Below, piece by piece: positions 10,601-20,400 of a stretch of DNA of 64,000 bases; the stretch's first letter is position 1, and the number at the start of each line of letters is the position of its first letter. Below the pieces are notes generated by a model, which was not told the DNA's origin, made no database searches, and saw nothing but the letters and a program-made list of their open reading frames with translations. Source of the DNA: a virus. The stretch lies in IMG/VR virus record IMGVR_UViG_3300042154_000876, positions 11,584-75,583 of that record; one strand, written 5' to 3'. Both the position numbers and the translations under genes were made by a program.

Positions 10601-13600
10601 ACGATCTAGGGCTTTCCCGTGACCACCAAAATGCACTGTTCGACCAGATTAAGCAAATGACTCGTGGTGAAGCCGCCAGGTTTATCAGCACTTTCATCGA
10701 AGCCAATCCGCTACCTAAGCCTAGCGCTAAGCCTTCCATTCAAAATAGAGTACTAGATCTGAATCAGGTCACTAAAAACATCAAGAACCTTGAAAGACTT
10801 AAGTCTCAACCGCTTCCTTCCGCTCTTAGGGATATGGGCACCGTCCCGACCGATACTGAAGAAAAAATACAACACTTTAACAGGGAATTCTCTGACTTCC
10901 TAAAGAAAAAGTACCCGGACCTAACTCTTGGTGAAATCTGGTCATCTAGAAACAGCAATATCGATGTCGAGAAAGATTTTAATTACTTCTCTGATTTATA
11001 TCAAAAAACTATGTCTCTGCCCGATAGTAAGGTTTTTGGTATTGGTAACGCCACTATAACCGCAAAAGACGGCATCCTAAGCAAGCGAGACTTGGCAATA
11101 GTGTCTAATGCCTTAGAAGTACTACAAGAGAGATTCTCTCTAGGCGAGACCCCTATTGATGTCCGCTATATGCCTCAAGAAGAATTAGACCGTCTCGCTG
11201 AAAAGAAGAATGTAACAGGGTCTGCATACATCGATGAAGACGGTGCGCACATAATTATTTCTGAGCGGACTCTTGGTGTCTATGAGAAAGACGGTAGGAG
11301 CGGTAAGACTGGGTCAGTGTCCGCTCACTTGGCTACTGTGATCCATGAGTACGGTCACCTAGTTCATGCACTACTACTAGGGTCTAATTTCACAGAAAAA
11401 GAAAAAGCAGACCTGGCTAAAGAGTTCCAACGTAGATTCAAAAAAACTAGGGTCACTGATTACGGCGAAACTAGTACTGCTGAAAAGTTTGCCGAACTGT
11501 TCTATGACATGGAATACAGCAGAATCGAAGGAACTGAACCTGCAGTTCCAGAGTTTAGCGAGTTTATGGAGTCCATTAAGGGTCGGAAGGCTGCTATTAA
11601 GCCTTCCCTGCTTAACAGGATGGGGATCAAGAAGCCTCAGGCTCGACAAATGCCCCCTGAGAACACCAAGCCAGAGTTTGATGGAGCCACCAAGCTTTCT
11701 GGTGCTAACCTAGCCGCGTTTGAGGGATCCTCAGACAGCCTGCGCGGTAGTGACCAAGAGGCTGGCTACATCCCGGACCCTAGTGATCAAAAAGCTTTTA
11801 ATGAGTTTAGACTTCAGATAAGTCTTAACCCTGGCGATCTAGTGTCTGAGGCGCAAGCGCGTATTAGATTTAAGAAGGAAATCGAGAAGGCTAAAAAAGA
11901 CGCCCGACGCTACGAAGTACTTAAAGTTGAAGGCACAAACTCCTACATCCGCTACAAGAACGGAGACGCTTCTCCAGAAGCCATCCAGCAGACGATTGAC
12001 CAGCTGCGTGACCTGGAAGACTTCAACGTTGCTGGCGGCATTTCTCAGGTTGTAACCTTAGCCAAGCGCGAAACCTTCTCTGTTGGAAGACTATTTGCCA
12101 CAACGCAGGGGACCGAAGAGGAGATCCATGGATACTCTCTTCTAGATTCGGATAAGGGTATTGGTCACATTGTTGTTGACCCTGACTTAGTCTCCGAGTC
12201 CCCTGGCTCTGTACCTGGAATCGCTGTAGGACAATACTACGCTAATGGTGGCGTTGACGCTCAGAATATGTTGAAACGCACCTTGGTGCACGAGTATGCG
12301 CACAACTGGGCTAAAGTGATTCTAGGACACCGCCAACAAGACAGCGCAAGATTTGATGAGTTTGTTCGCAGTGTAGTTCAGAGAATCCAAACTTCGGGTG
12401 GGAGAAGTGTCCACCCAATCTCGGAGATTGCCGAGGGTGGAGACGGTGAAAGCTTCGCTGAGTTCTTTACGGCCGCCTTCTTCCAGATTGTTGAAGGCCG
12501 CATGCTCCCTACTAAGGGATCTCCGCTTGATCAGTTTATTCAGTTCTTTGCTAAATATGCTGGAGCCAACGTTGAGCCAATCATTAAGAACATCAGCCCT
12601 ATCGTTCAGGTTGAAGAGTCGTCTTCTGGCGGACAACGACTAAAGTTCCCTAAGAACCATGAGGGAGCTGGGTCAGAGAATGTCTACCTAGAGTACAACC
12701 GACGCAGAGAGTTCTACCGAAATGGGCTAGATCCTTACGGACGCCCACTAAGCGATGCCCGTGCGGCAATGATTCGCGAATACAGCAGCTACATCGATAA
12801 ACTAGAGTCTGCGTACCAGTCCACCATGCGCGCTGAAGACTTCGACGTTATGACTTCAGCTATGGCGGCCCTAAAACGAGTCTATGATTCGATGTTCTTT
12901 GCCTACGCTAAGAATAACTCCAGATTCAATGTAGACACTATTGGTGAGAACATTGAAGCTAATGAACAAAGCTTCCGTAGCTGGACAGCACCTACTTCCC
13001 CTCTATTCTTACCTGAATCTGAGGGACCTTTCAAGAATGAGATAACCACCGGACGCTATACAGACGTCGACGGTATTTCCTATCCGCTTGTATACATCTC
13101 TTCGACTAAGGCAGATGGTCGCACCTATACAGCTACAGTTGCTCTTGACCCAGAGAACACCGACTTTGACCTTGCCACTGCCAATATGGACACCCTAATT
13201 GAGGCATCTGTTGGAAAGATGATAACCATATCGGACAAAGAAAAGACTAGCCAGATTCTTGACTACATCTCGGTTGACGGTGACCTACGTCACAGGGGCA
13301 TAGCCACCTCTCTTCTATCCTTCACTAGAAGCAACACAACTAAGAAGGTTTTGCACAAGGGTAAGTCTGCCCCGGATGTTTCAGCTTGGGCCCAGTCGGT
13401 AGATAGTTCTGAAAAGTCCTACGAATCCGCTCCTCGTGCGTTTGACGATGCTTCTCACGTTGCTCGACACAACCGCAACGCTATCAACCTAATCTCTGAT
13501 CGCGAGCCGCCTCAGGAGATCGACACGTCTTCAGAGACCTTAGAGGCCGAGGCGCTACACTATGCGGGGGAAAACTACGGAAACTTCTATCACCCTAACT

Positions 13601-16600
13601 TGCAGGACTACATGTCTAAGCAGGGTGGCGGACTTGGTGTCTACAACTCTACAGTTGGTTATGTCTCAGCTGAGACTCTCAGTTCGATGCGCGGCAATGA
13701 GCCTAAAGATCCGGACAGCGTGGCTCGCAAGGTTGAAGACCTACAGGACGGCGACGGATTCGACCAACCGGTAAGCGTCGTCTATAACCCTCGCACCGGT
13801 GAAGCTTATGTAGCCGACGGTAACCACCGCGTCCAGGCTTCGCTAGACGCTGGCGTTGCTTATGTACCTACAAGAGTCTTTATCATGGATGTTCCTCCTG
13901 CACAGGAGAACCCACAGATTAAGAAGTTGGAACGCGATGGCGGTCTACCTCTACCTGAGGGCGCAGATGAAGTTCACCCATACTTTGTCTTCAATAAAGA
14001 AGATCTAGTTAATGGAAAAGACCTATCTGACCCTAGCGTTGTTGAAGAAATGGCTTCTAACGTTGTTGTTTGGTCTGGTCGCGGTAAGGCTTCCGAGCGC
14101 AACCGCTCCGGAAGGTATGACCCAGACCCTAACAACATCTTTGAGCAGCTTGCCCCAGGCGAATACGTTATGGACAAGAAGACCAAAAAGATTTATCAGG
14201 TATACAGCCAAGACTTTACTACCGAAGTAGGCCAAGACGGTGTAGAAAGAGCCGTATTCACCGGGAAGATTGTTGTCCGAGAGTTTGAAGGCAACTTAGA
14301 TAACCTATCTAGAGTAAGAATCTCGACGCAGTTTGGCGATAACAATATCCGCTACGCTCAGGGTGGACAATCCTCTGCCGACGATTCATATAATGACGCT
14401 CGCTCATATATTGACGAGATTCGCGACCCAGCGGACTTTGAGAATGTTACTGACTCGTTTATAAAGCTCAGTGACCAGCCTATCCTTATCAGCGATACGA
14501 TGTACGTTGTTCAGACCGAGACCGGTATCAAGGGTCGAATCTCTAAGTTTGTCTCTCCTGGAGTAGTTAGACTTGATGTTCTAAAGGGATATAACGAGGA
14601 CGGCGAACCTCTCTATGATCAGATAGAGTCCCCGATAACCCAGCTTCTACCTATCCAGAACCAGCAGCAGGTCCCTAATGGACAGCCTGCTATGGAGCAT
14701 GCCCCTGATATGCAAATATCTAACTCTACCTGGGACTCGATCAACACCTTGTCCTCTACCCTGTTGAAGTGGGGCTACCTATCAGAAGATAAGTACAAGG
14801 CTATTCAGACCCTAGTTCACGGTAAGTTTATTACCCAAAGCGGTGCTCTGGACCTTGAGCGTTCGCTCAGAAACCACGACGTAGTTAGACGAGCAAAGAT
14901 TCGTGGCGTCGCAGTGAAGTCACCTGCCACTGGAGAACCTGTTGCACAGGCGCCTGTACAGCAAGCTGCCCCGTCTGCCCCTGCCGCGCCTTCAGTTGGC
15001 CAAGGCGAGGCCGGAGGTCGCTCATTTGAGCAGCTCCTAGAAATGAAGCGTGCTCGTAAGAAGGCAGATGCCGGGCTATCTGTAGAAGAGTTTGCATCTC
15101 CTGTCACAAAGATTAAGGTAACTAAGAACCCTCCTACCCAAAGCCAGATTCTAGAAGTAGAGCGTCTTCTTTCTGAAGACGGTGCGGTAACCCCGCAGCG
15201 TGCATTTGATATTCTATCTTCACTACCTACTCTAAATGCAGAAGCCACCGAAGCTGTACTAGAAGAGATCCGAGCAGATGTTCTCAACAAGAGGATTTCT
15301 AAGGATGAAAGCATCACTGGTCTTGTAGTTCCTAAGGGCTTTAATAGATCCAAAATCTCTGGATACCAGCCAGCCGTTGAGGAATCATCTACCGGCTTTG
15401 AGATCGATAGAGATGCGGAAGAGCCTAATGAAGACGGAGAGGTTAGCCCAGGAGCGAAGCCAGAAGAAGAAGGTCCTAAGATGTCGTTCAATGCTCAACA
15501 GAAGTCAGCTATTGACTCTGTAGTTAGCAGTGAAGGCGGCCTATTCTTTATCACTGGTGGTGCTGGTACTGGTAAGACCACTATTAAGAAGGAAATCGAC
15601 AAGCGCGAGAAGGCCAAAAATAGAAGGACTATGACCATTGCCCCTACGGGTAAGGCAGCCCTTCAGGCAGAGGGAGCTACCATCCACTCTACGTTCAAGA
15701 TTCCAGTAGGCCCTTTAACCGATTTTAGCCCGTCCGAGACTTACAACAAGAATATGGGTACTGCCAAGGGCCGTAAATCTATGGCTGCTTTGCGCACGGC
15801 AGACACCATCTTCATTGATGAAGTTTCTATGGTTCGAGCAGATCTGATGGATGCTATGGACAGGATGCTTAGGGTTGTCAAGGGAAACATGTCTGAGCCT
15901 TTTGGTGGAGCTAAGATTGTTATGCTTGGAGACTTGGCTCAGCTTCCTCCAGTAGGTATTGACTCTAGCCCTGAAAACCAGGGACCTCGCCAGCGATTCC
16001 AAGAGACTTATGCTGATGACTACTTCCTAAGTGCTAACTCATGGGCATCTTCGGCGTTTGAGGTTCACAACTTGACTGAGTCTATGCGTCAAAGCGCAGA
16101 GGATGATGCCTGGTTCGAGCAGTTCCTAAGGGAGAGGGCTCGATTCGCTGAGGTGACTCAGGAAGACATGGAGAAGCTGTGGGAGATTAGCGAAAAAAAC
16201 CGCAAGCGTGATGCTGAAGAGGGTGTCACATCCGAGCCTATCCACCTGGTGTCTACAAATGCTGCCGCAGACGAGATCAACAAGAAAAAGTTTGCTGAAC
16301 TTGAGGGTGAAGCAGTTAAATTTACTGCTACCATTGACGCTCCAGAAGGCTCTGACATTAAGCCGTTTGTTCGAAATGGCGGTCTACCTAAAGAGGAAAT
16401 GGAATACAAGATCGGTGAGCCGGTAATGTTTATCAAGAACGATGACGCACAGCAGCGCAAATCTGCTGGAGGCAACCTTCCGAACGAGTCCAGATGGGTA
16501 AACGGAAGTCAGGGCGTAATCACAAGATTTGAATATGCTGAAGGCGAAGATGGCCAGACCCCTATTGCTATCTATGTAAAGATTGGCGACAAGGAGCACC

Positions 16601-17370
16601 GAGTAGTTCCTGCCACATGGGAAGATGTAGAATACGGCGTATCTACCAAGATTGAAGAAGAGAAGAACATCGTTGAGGGACCTACTCAAGAAGTTTTGTC
16701 TACCTATACTCAGATTCCTTTGATGCCAGGATGGGCTATGACTACCCACAAGTCTCAGGGAGCCACTATGGACTCAGCTGTGGTCGACTATTCGATTAAG
16801 TACTCTGATAATGGAGATATTCTCACTCAAAATAGCCCTTTTGCTGCTGGACAGGTCTATGTAGCACTTAGCCGACTACGTAGCTCGAATGGTCTCTACT
16901 TGACTAGGAAGCTAAATAAAAATGACTTTATTAGAATCGAACGTAGCGTTACCGATTTCTTCAAGAATGTTGATGCTCAGACAGCCGCTAACCAGGTCTC
17001 CGAAAGTTCCGCTCCAAAGAAGTTTGACCCGCTAAAAGGATACATTTCTGAAGTAGATCTTGCTTCAGCCCTAGACAGCGGGGAACTCACCGGACCAGCT
17101 GGCCAGAACCTTACGGACTACCAGTCCACCGCTATCAAGAACAAACTCCGTCTGATGCGTGAAAATCCTAATAGTGCTGATCGTTATAGAGAAGAAATTG
17201 CTAAGCTAATGAACTCTTGGTTTGGTGTCGAGGAGCCTGGAGAAGAGATCCCTGCTGTAGCTGCCCCCATTGAGATCCGCATGGACAACTTCCGCGACCC
17301 GTCGGAACGTCAGGCCACAATAGACCTACTTACTAAGAGTGGTATTCCCTACACTTTGAAGTACGATTAA
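4594..17370 (+). CDS. Giant polyvalent protein (~4258 aa): SH3/KOW-like repeats, DEDDh exonuclease, two zincin peptidases, GNAT, ParB-like, Pif1/RecD helicase
   Basis: FDTETTG/QNVPFD/HSADAD; HEYGH and HEYAH each with downstream E..AE.F; LRHRGIATSLL; DGNHR; GGAGTGKT, DEVSM, GDLAQLPPV, HKSQG, YVALSR. ATG 4594 preferred because it overlaps the upstream stop. Confidence 0.9.
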   Translation: MTFSPLFFEDPEEPIVAAALKNGKEWGYWADMQLRDPGGERGGWFIEMGGLNLFNGMGKDGKVRAYKGKYIGPSPLGQGYGRFLVEGGDGVDPGIYHVNVSNIDSVKGVLSEEYLRSLGRDVPAQKEGIVDLSKTRIDPITEQDLQDANIEPDKPKNLKKAANDRGQSAKKLKDLKDGDILYDEGNKRFGEVVSTVDKDGNFSPWVKWEDNQISQIPNADPETETAVWAAPAPEVDESAAPKKTVKGRDLKVGDVIRAWDENRTITAIEPGRGGERYFIFDTPDEGEDGPDGKFININEDVELGREEAPVAPAAPVAAEKTKSNKVSASEVKKGDSVVINGETYTVSKKSNKKADGVVIGHKIEFRAEDGSTFEEEFLSDDTLDIPAAETATKEEKKTPRGVLTSFVKNMQPGDVLIAGKDDKRQEVLFVSAEPIPPVDNNDIRKRYNITVQRADGGLETIAVDATNGIPQLAETNAKGKTEKVNRKDQLKVVPSAPATTTTKTTRTTTKTAGDEAGTTTTTTPRVRAPEVIPTTPMSTNPGDTGEVVRGVNYEIMPDGRIKFSRGRLKKGSRSYDLITKVLPGEITRSGNGKAFAFFEKPEGGDYGNWFVRFEPIKDSKKDLAKQFLDSLRAGMAKEKVESSEETGSSFSGAKNTKGSITDAASYEVDENGTVKISGLTEEQVDLVVQAMYTVQGTTPLDRPGSVSTKVDSDKDEDRAAVLKAVSDALGGTPAATTTTTTTTPDFDSLPKTKADPEAARKAGFTVDNVKPVDIQVGDYIISPVGYWTKVVGEPSIIPDPRNPGEIAWAIPTENYKGERFTQDGLGDLNLRIDRVRGPNHVDTPETADEAFDKESAPFPMDTLRDLKEGIYAKVDGMWKKITKVGKPQIDPSVDTESVVIEFEDGTKKRVDERDGLTLVRKVPEGEATSTATTTTEGLTTDQRLAKLLFLVKGSGSEDAAWNASIMGDARRSLEAAGIDENDFLDYAEKSGASDLRQPDLDKLIEKYKADKGSTTTTATTTEESDKPTDEQRKTIDDLIAQIGDETNFTSKIVTAMLDSLTKESADMAIDMLKAAIANTTAPTTTTAPAQSVFTPGQIDSVNRRINLLTPEQQAKVKEAMESATPKTAKDIMSKIINTLDNAEIISRIRKGMPVDDILARRKTDTVGANLLFDLDRSPKEIAQRLATYKPTVNLDGTPIADAQQTTTTVSGDDTKSVSSLISDVIDSLAKDLQTKFGALKYRYSSKTPQNAEQAEKDHEIYLEYLSTVVPAVMQALKERLDSQTAAGNPDAQKNYDDAVSKLKQELWGQNRGAVYTSEAEKLVGSDRTKEMSDEANKALNDLLAGVKKPEKQVTTETTTKDTFGKIGTSGNLTGNVDYSIDKFGQIALTNAPEDFDARMAESRGLIIVTDNGKKSIVLTKNNDENRAAALNLIKERLEGPAPVTTKVETQTEVAQDVVTGQERPEGGVSKKISELNVGDRLYDEETESMATVVGVYEDPDRAGRIVLTIRFDDGREDSASYKKSYVVEAYPSPEAPAATTTTAEDVVGGEDADTSKTEAEVVEDSQVIVEQGESTTAEPGSTVLEEPDAEAVEPVEPKRKPRGPRKPRKVNLSDVSDEEREAFIRIFDALENFNRVEEEYGGKKYDSKWYIDEKDRKFDNKDVEELASQNTKGIGEDLGIQLMDSTTDAYEPGAFSSTRQPTPGAFTGRVARMVEGKTKAETRNILKGLKVSWFDTETTGISNFDGDPTNNDVVQVGIVNTQNGEVLERLNIYINPGVEDGVRLGKWATNNLVKDAVGEDGQPILGPDGKPTTEPITNEWLSEQMSIADAVQQIMDFMGRDPILGGQNVPFDLQVLQRMLDKAGVRGYRIGGTIDSKDLSEEFLPKYNEYEGTDGPKRFDKERNKFVPTSSLGYVAEFLGFGTTRWHSADADAEDAWKLASATMDRAASEDPTGTSDLMNQSAMRSRYTERMAKFLKTIDPRNPSTAKQHGAVRKEGFGEYLDDLGLSRDHQNALFDQIKQMTRGEAARFISTFIEANPLPKPSAKPSIQNRVLDLNQVTKNIKNLERLKSQPLPSALRDMGTVPTDTEEKIQHFNREFSDFLKKKYPDLTLGEIWSSRNSNIDVEKDFNYFSDLYQKTMSLPDSKVFGIGNATITAKDGILSKRDLAIVSNALEVLQERFSLGETPIDVRYMPQEELDRLAEKKNVTGSAYIDEDGAHIIISERTLGVYEKDGRSGKTGSVSAHLATVIHEYGHLVHALLLGSNFTEKEKADLAKEFQRRFKKTRVTDYGETSTAEKFAELFYDMEYSRIEGTEPAVPEFSEFMESIKGRKAAIKPSLLNRMGIKKPQARQMPPENTKPEFDGATKLSGANLAAFEGSSDSLRGSDQEAGYIPDPSDQKAFNEFRLQISLNPGDLVSEAQARIRFKKEIEKAKKDARRYEVLKVEGTNSYIRYKNGDASPEAIQQTIDQLRDLEDFNVAGGISQVVTLAKRETFSVGRLFATTQGTEEEIHGYSLLDSDKGIGHIVVDPDLVSESPGSVPGIAVGQYYANGGVDAQNMLKRTLVHEYAHNWAKVILGHRQQDSARFDEFVRSVVQRIQTSGGRSVHPISEIAEGGDGESFAEFFTAAFFQIVEGRMLPTKGSPLDQFIQFFAKYAGANVEPIIKNISPIVQVEESSSGGQRLKFPKNHEGAGSENVYLEYNRRREFYRNGLDPYGRPLSDARAAMIREYSSYIDKLESAYQSTMRAEDFDVMTSAMAALKRVYDSMFFAYAKNNSRFNVDTIGENIEANEQSFRSWTAPTSPLFLPESEGPFKNEITTGRYTDVDGISYPLVYISSTKADGRTYTATVALDPENTDFDLATANMDTLIEASVGKMITISDKEKTSQILDYISVDGDLRHRGIATSLLSFTRSNTTKKVLHKGKSAPDVSAWAQSVDSSEKSYESAPRAFDDASHVARHNRNAINLISDREPPQEIDTSSETLEAEALHYAGENYGNFYHPNLQDYMSKQGGGLGVYNSTVGYVSAETLSSMRGNEPKDPDSVARKVEDLQDGDGFDQPVSVVYNPRTGEAYVADGNHRVQASLDAGVAYVPTRVFIMDVPPAQENPQIKKLERDGGLPLPEGADEVHPYFVFNKEDLVNGKDLSDPSVVEEMASNVVVWSGRGKASERNRSGRYDPDPNNIFEQLAPGEYVMDKKTKKIYQVYSQDFTTEVGQDGVERAVFTGKIVVREFEGNLDNLSRVRISTQFGDNNIRYAQGGQSSADDSYNDARSYIDEIRDPADFENVTDSFIKLSDQPILISDTMYVVQTETGIKGRISKFVSPGVVRLDVLKGYNEDGEPLYDQIESPITQLLPIQNQQQVPNGQPAMEHAPDMQISNSTWDSINTLSSTLLKWGYLSEDKYKAIQTLVHGKFITQSGALDLERSLRNHDVVRRAKIRGVAVKSPATGEPVAQAPVQQAAPSAPAAPSVGQGEAGGRSFEQLLEMKRARKKADAGLSVEEFASPVTKIKVTKNPPTQSQILEVERLLSEDGAVTPQRAFDILSSLPTLNAEATEAVLEEIRADVLNKRISKDESITGLVVPKGFNRSKISGYQPAVEESSTGFEIDRDAEEPNEDGEVSPGAKPEEEGPKMSFNAQQKSAIDSVVSSEGGLFFITGGAGTGKTTIKKEIDKREKAKNRRTMTIAPTGKAALQAEGATIHSTFKIPVGPLTDFSPSETYNKNMGTAKGRKSMAALRTADTIFIDEVSMVRADLMDAMDRMLRVVKGNMSEPFGGAKIVMLGDLAQLPPVGIDSSPENQGPRQRFQETYADDYFLSANSWASSAFEVHNLTESMRQSAEDDAWFEQFLRERARFAEVTQEDMEKLWEISEKNRKRDAEEGVTSEPIHLVSTNAAADEINKKKFAELEGEAVKFTATIDAPEGSDIKPFVRNGGLPKEEMEYKIGEPVMFIKNDDAQQRKSAGGNLPNESRWVNGSQGVITRFEYAEGEDGQTPIAIYVKIGDKEHRVVPATWEDVEYGVSTKIEEEKNIVEGPTQEVLSTYTQIPLMPGWAMTTHKSQGATMDSAVVDYSIKYSDNGDILTQNSPFAAGQVYVALSRLRSSNGLYLTRKLNKNDFIRIERSVTDFFKNVDAQTAANQVSESSAPKKFDPLKGYISEVDLASALDSGELTGPAGQNLTDYQSTAIKNKLRLMRENPNSADRYREEIAKLMNSWFGVEEPGEEIPAVAAPIEIRMDNFRDPSERQATIDLLTKSGIPYTLKYD

Positions 17371-17463
17371 CAAAATAACAGCAACATCAATACTGATACA
17401 ATAGACTCACGGCTATTAAATCATATGCCTCTGTTTTTTATGCTCCGTCGGAGGAACTTATAG

Positions 17464-20400
17464 ATGAGTGATTCAGAAAAAGACCCTATGTATTTGGGAA
17501 ACTCTGGATCCCTTGCGCTCTTTGCGTTAGGTGAGAAAGCCGTAGTAATTGATACTACCCACAACTTAGTTGTAAAATCTGGCACTGTTTCTGAACTCTC
17601 CGCATCTAACGACTGGGACGAGAGTTCTTCAGAGCAAAGTGCCGTAAGCCTGGAACTAGCTAGCGCATCCTTGATTGACCTAGACATTAAAGTTGTTACA
17701 GCGGGTGGATCCAGTAGGATGTACACCATTCCTAAGGGTGCAAAAGCTGAAGCTGAAAAAGCACTTGAATGGCGAAAAGAAGAAAAGCGTGGCGGCACTC
17801 CCGTTGGTTTGAATACTGCTCGCACGCTTGCACGCGGTGGGCAGATCGGAATCGAGAAGGTTCGCCACATTGCCAAGTATTTCCCTCGTCACGAAGTTGA
17901 CAAAAAGGGTAAAGGCTGGAGACCAGGCGAGGATAACTTCCCTAGCAACGGCCGTATCGCATGGGCACTTTGGGGTGGGGACGTAGCATGGCGCTGGGCT
18001 CAGGCCATTGTTGAGCGTGAAGACAAGAAGCCTAGAACTGCTTCAGTAGCCGGGCCAGACCTAGAGTCTTTCAATAAAGCTATGAATTTGGACTATGCCT
18101 CAGCACCAGAGTTCCTAGTTCGTGTTCGTATGGATGGTTCTGGAATAGACCGACTATATAAAGTTGACCTAGACGGCTCAATCTATGTTTGGGATGACGG
18201 CTGCTGGGATGACCTGGGCAGTATTCAGGGCGATGTCTATGTATATGACAAAGCACTAGACGACCCATATGACCTAGTTGAAAAAGCTCACGTTCCTATT
18301 GACCCGGACTCAGCCATTATTGTTGCTGCGAAACAACACCAGAGCCCTGATCGCTACATCTCTGTTGCAGAGATTGACGCTGAAGAAGCCGCTCTAACTA
18401 TGTTTGCTGCAAACGAACTTGACTGGAAGTTCATTGACTACACGATGACCGCTGCTGGCGTTAATCCAACCGACAACATCTATAGCCCAGAAGAGCGCTC
18501 TCAGAATGCAACCGCTCAGAGACGCAACACAGGTGGTAGGTTTGCTCCTCAGGGTAGCAAGTCCGGCGCTTCCGCTCAGCCTAATGCTGTTGGAAGTCAG
18601 GGCGGACAGCTTGAAGACTCTCTACCTCTCACCGACTTTGACCAGCCTCTAGATGTCTCTGGAATCCTAGGTGAGCCACGCACTCCTATTGATCAACCTT
18701 ACGCTCAGCTGGACGGAACCCTGCCAGCAATGACAAAGGACGATCTACATGACGTTCTTTACAACTGGCCAGCTTGGGTCCAGGAGCAGCGTTCATCTTT
18801 TAAGCCTCTTGCTGCTGCAGGCTCTGAAGAAGAAAAACCTGAAGAAACAGAAGAGCCTGAAGACGAAGAAGTATATAACCACCCGCTGTTAAAGCGTTGG
18901 CGTTTAAACACAAAGCGTCGTAAGGATGACCAGCCTAATAGTGATTGGGCTAGTCCGATCGTGGCCGCGCCTGTCGCATCGAAATCAGAAGCAGTAAAGT
19001 CAAAGAAACTTACTCCAGAAACTTCAGATGTAAAGCCGCTATATTTTGCGGTTGTTGCAGAAGATGACCCGCGTGCTGTATTGGACCTGATCTCGATTGT
19101 ACCGGCCAGTTCTACTTCTAACTCGCCTATGGCATACAAGCGTGATAAGGGCAAGTGGGTTCGCGATGAGGCTACAATCAATGACCTAAAATCTGCCACT
19201 CCTCCTCCAGTAATCCCTCTAGACAGCAAGACTCTAAACGAAGTTCTTCTTCAGGTAGACGATGCTACTATGACTGCGTCCGGCGTCTTTAGTGTTGACC
19301 ACCTACTCATGGTTTTGTGGGGGCCTCAGCAGGAAATCATTGATACCTACGGCGATGCGTTCTTTGAGGTTGTAGACAAAAACAACGATTTTGACGCCAA
19401 TCTCAAAGCAGTTTTTTCTGTAGTAGCTGCAGGCGGTTTGGACCGTAACAGGGGGCAAGCGGAGAAGCTTCGCAAGTATTGGACCGTCGGTAAGGGTGCT
19501 GCAAAGATCCGTTGGGGGATGGGCGGCGACTGGTCTCGCTGCGTTAAGAACCTATCGAAATACATGGGCCCTCGCTCAAAGGGATACTGTGCCCTCCGCC
19601 ACAAGGAGATGAATGGTGTTTGGACTGGAGACAAACGTCACCGTCAAGTCTATGGTCGCAAGAAGGGTGGGTCACGCGGCCTATTCAGCACCGAGTACAT
19701 TAACTCTACCGCTCAGACTATTGACAATGCTCTAATTGCAGCCAAGGCCGATGATGCTCGCGAGCGTTTCGGTATTGTGGCTACCGGGCTACCTGAGAAT
19801 GGTTCTAAGTTCTACATCCCACTACTCATCCCTGAGGGTATGGAGTCCGGCGATGGTCGAAAGTTTAAGAAGGGCTCTATCACATGGAGAGATCTTCCTC
19901 TACCGCTTTTGTGGCAGATTAAAACTGCTGATGGACATGATGGCTCCGTTGTTGTTGGCCGTATTGACAGCATTGAGCGCGTGGAAGATGGTTTAGGGAA
20001 TGCCTATGGCATGTTCGACACCGGAGCGTATGGTCGAGAGGCAGAACGCCTAGTTCGTAACGGATTTATCCGTGGTATTTCAGCTGATATGGATCAGTTT
20101 GAAGCAACAGAAGAAAAAGAAGACGTAAGCCCAGAAAACTCTGAAAAAGATGATAAGCACGTAGGAAAGAAGAAGATTACTATAAATAAAGCACGCGTAA
20201 TGGCTGCTACAATAGTACCTAAGCCCGCTTTCCAAGAATGCTCTATCACACTAATAGAGGGTGGCTTACCGACTACCCAGGAGGACACTATGATTCCTGA
20301 TGGAATCTATGTAGACGACGTAGACGCTGCAGATGCCGAGGCACTAGTTGCCTGCGGTATGGTTGCCGGCGCTATCCCTGTCGTCCCACCACGCGAGTGG

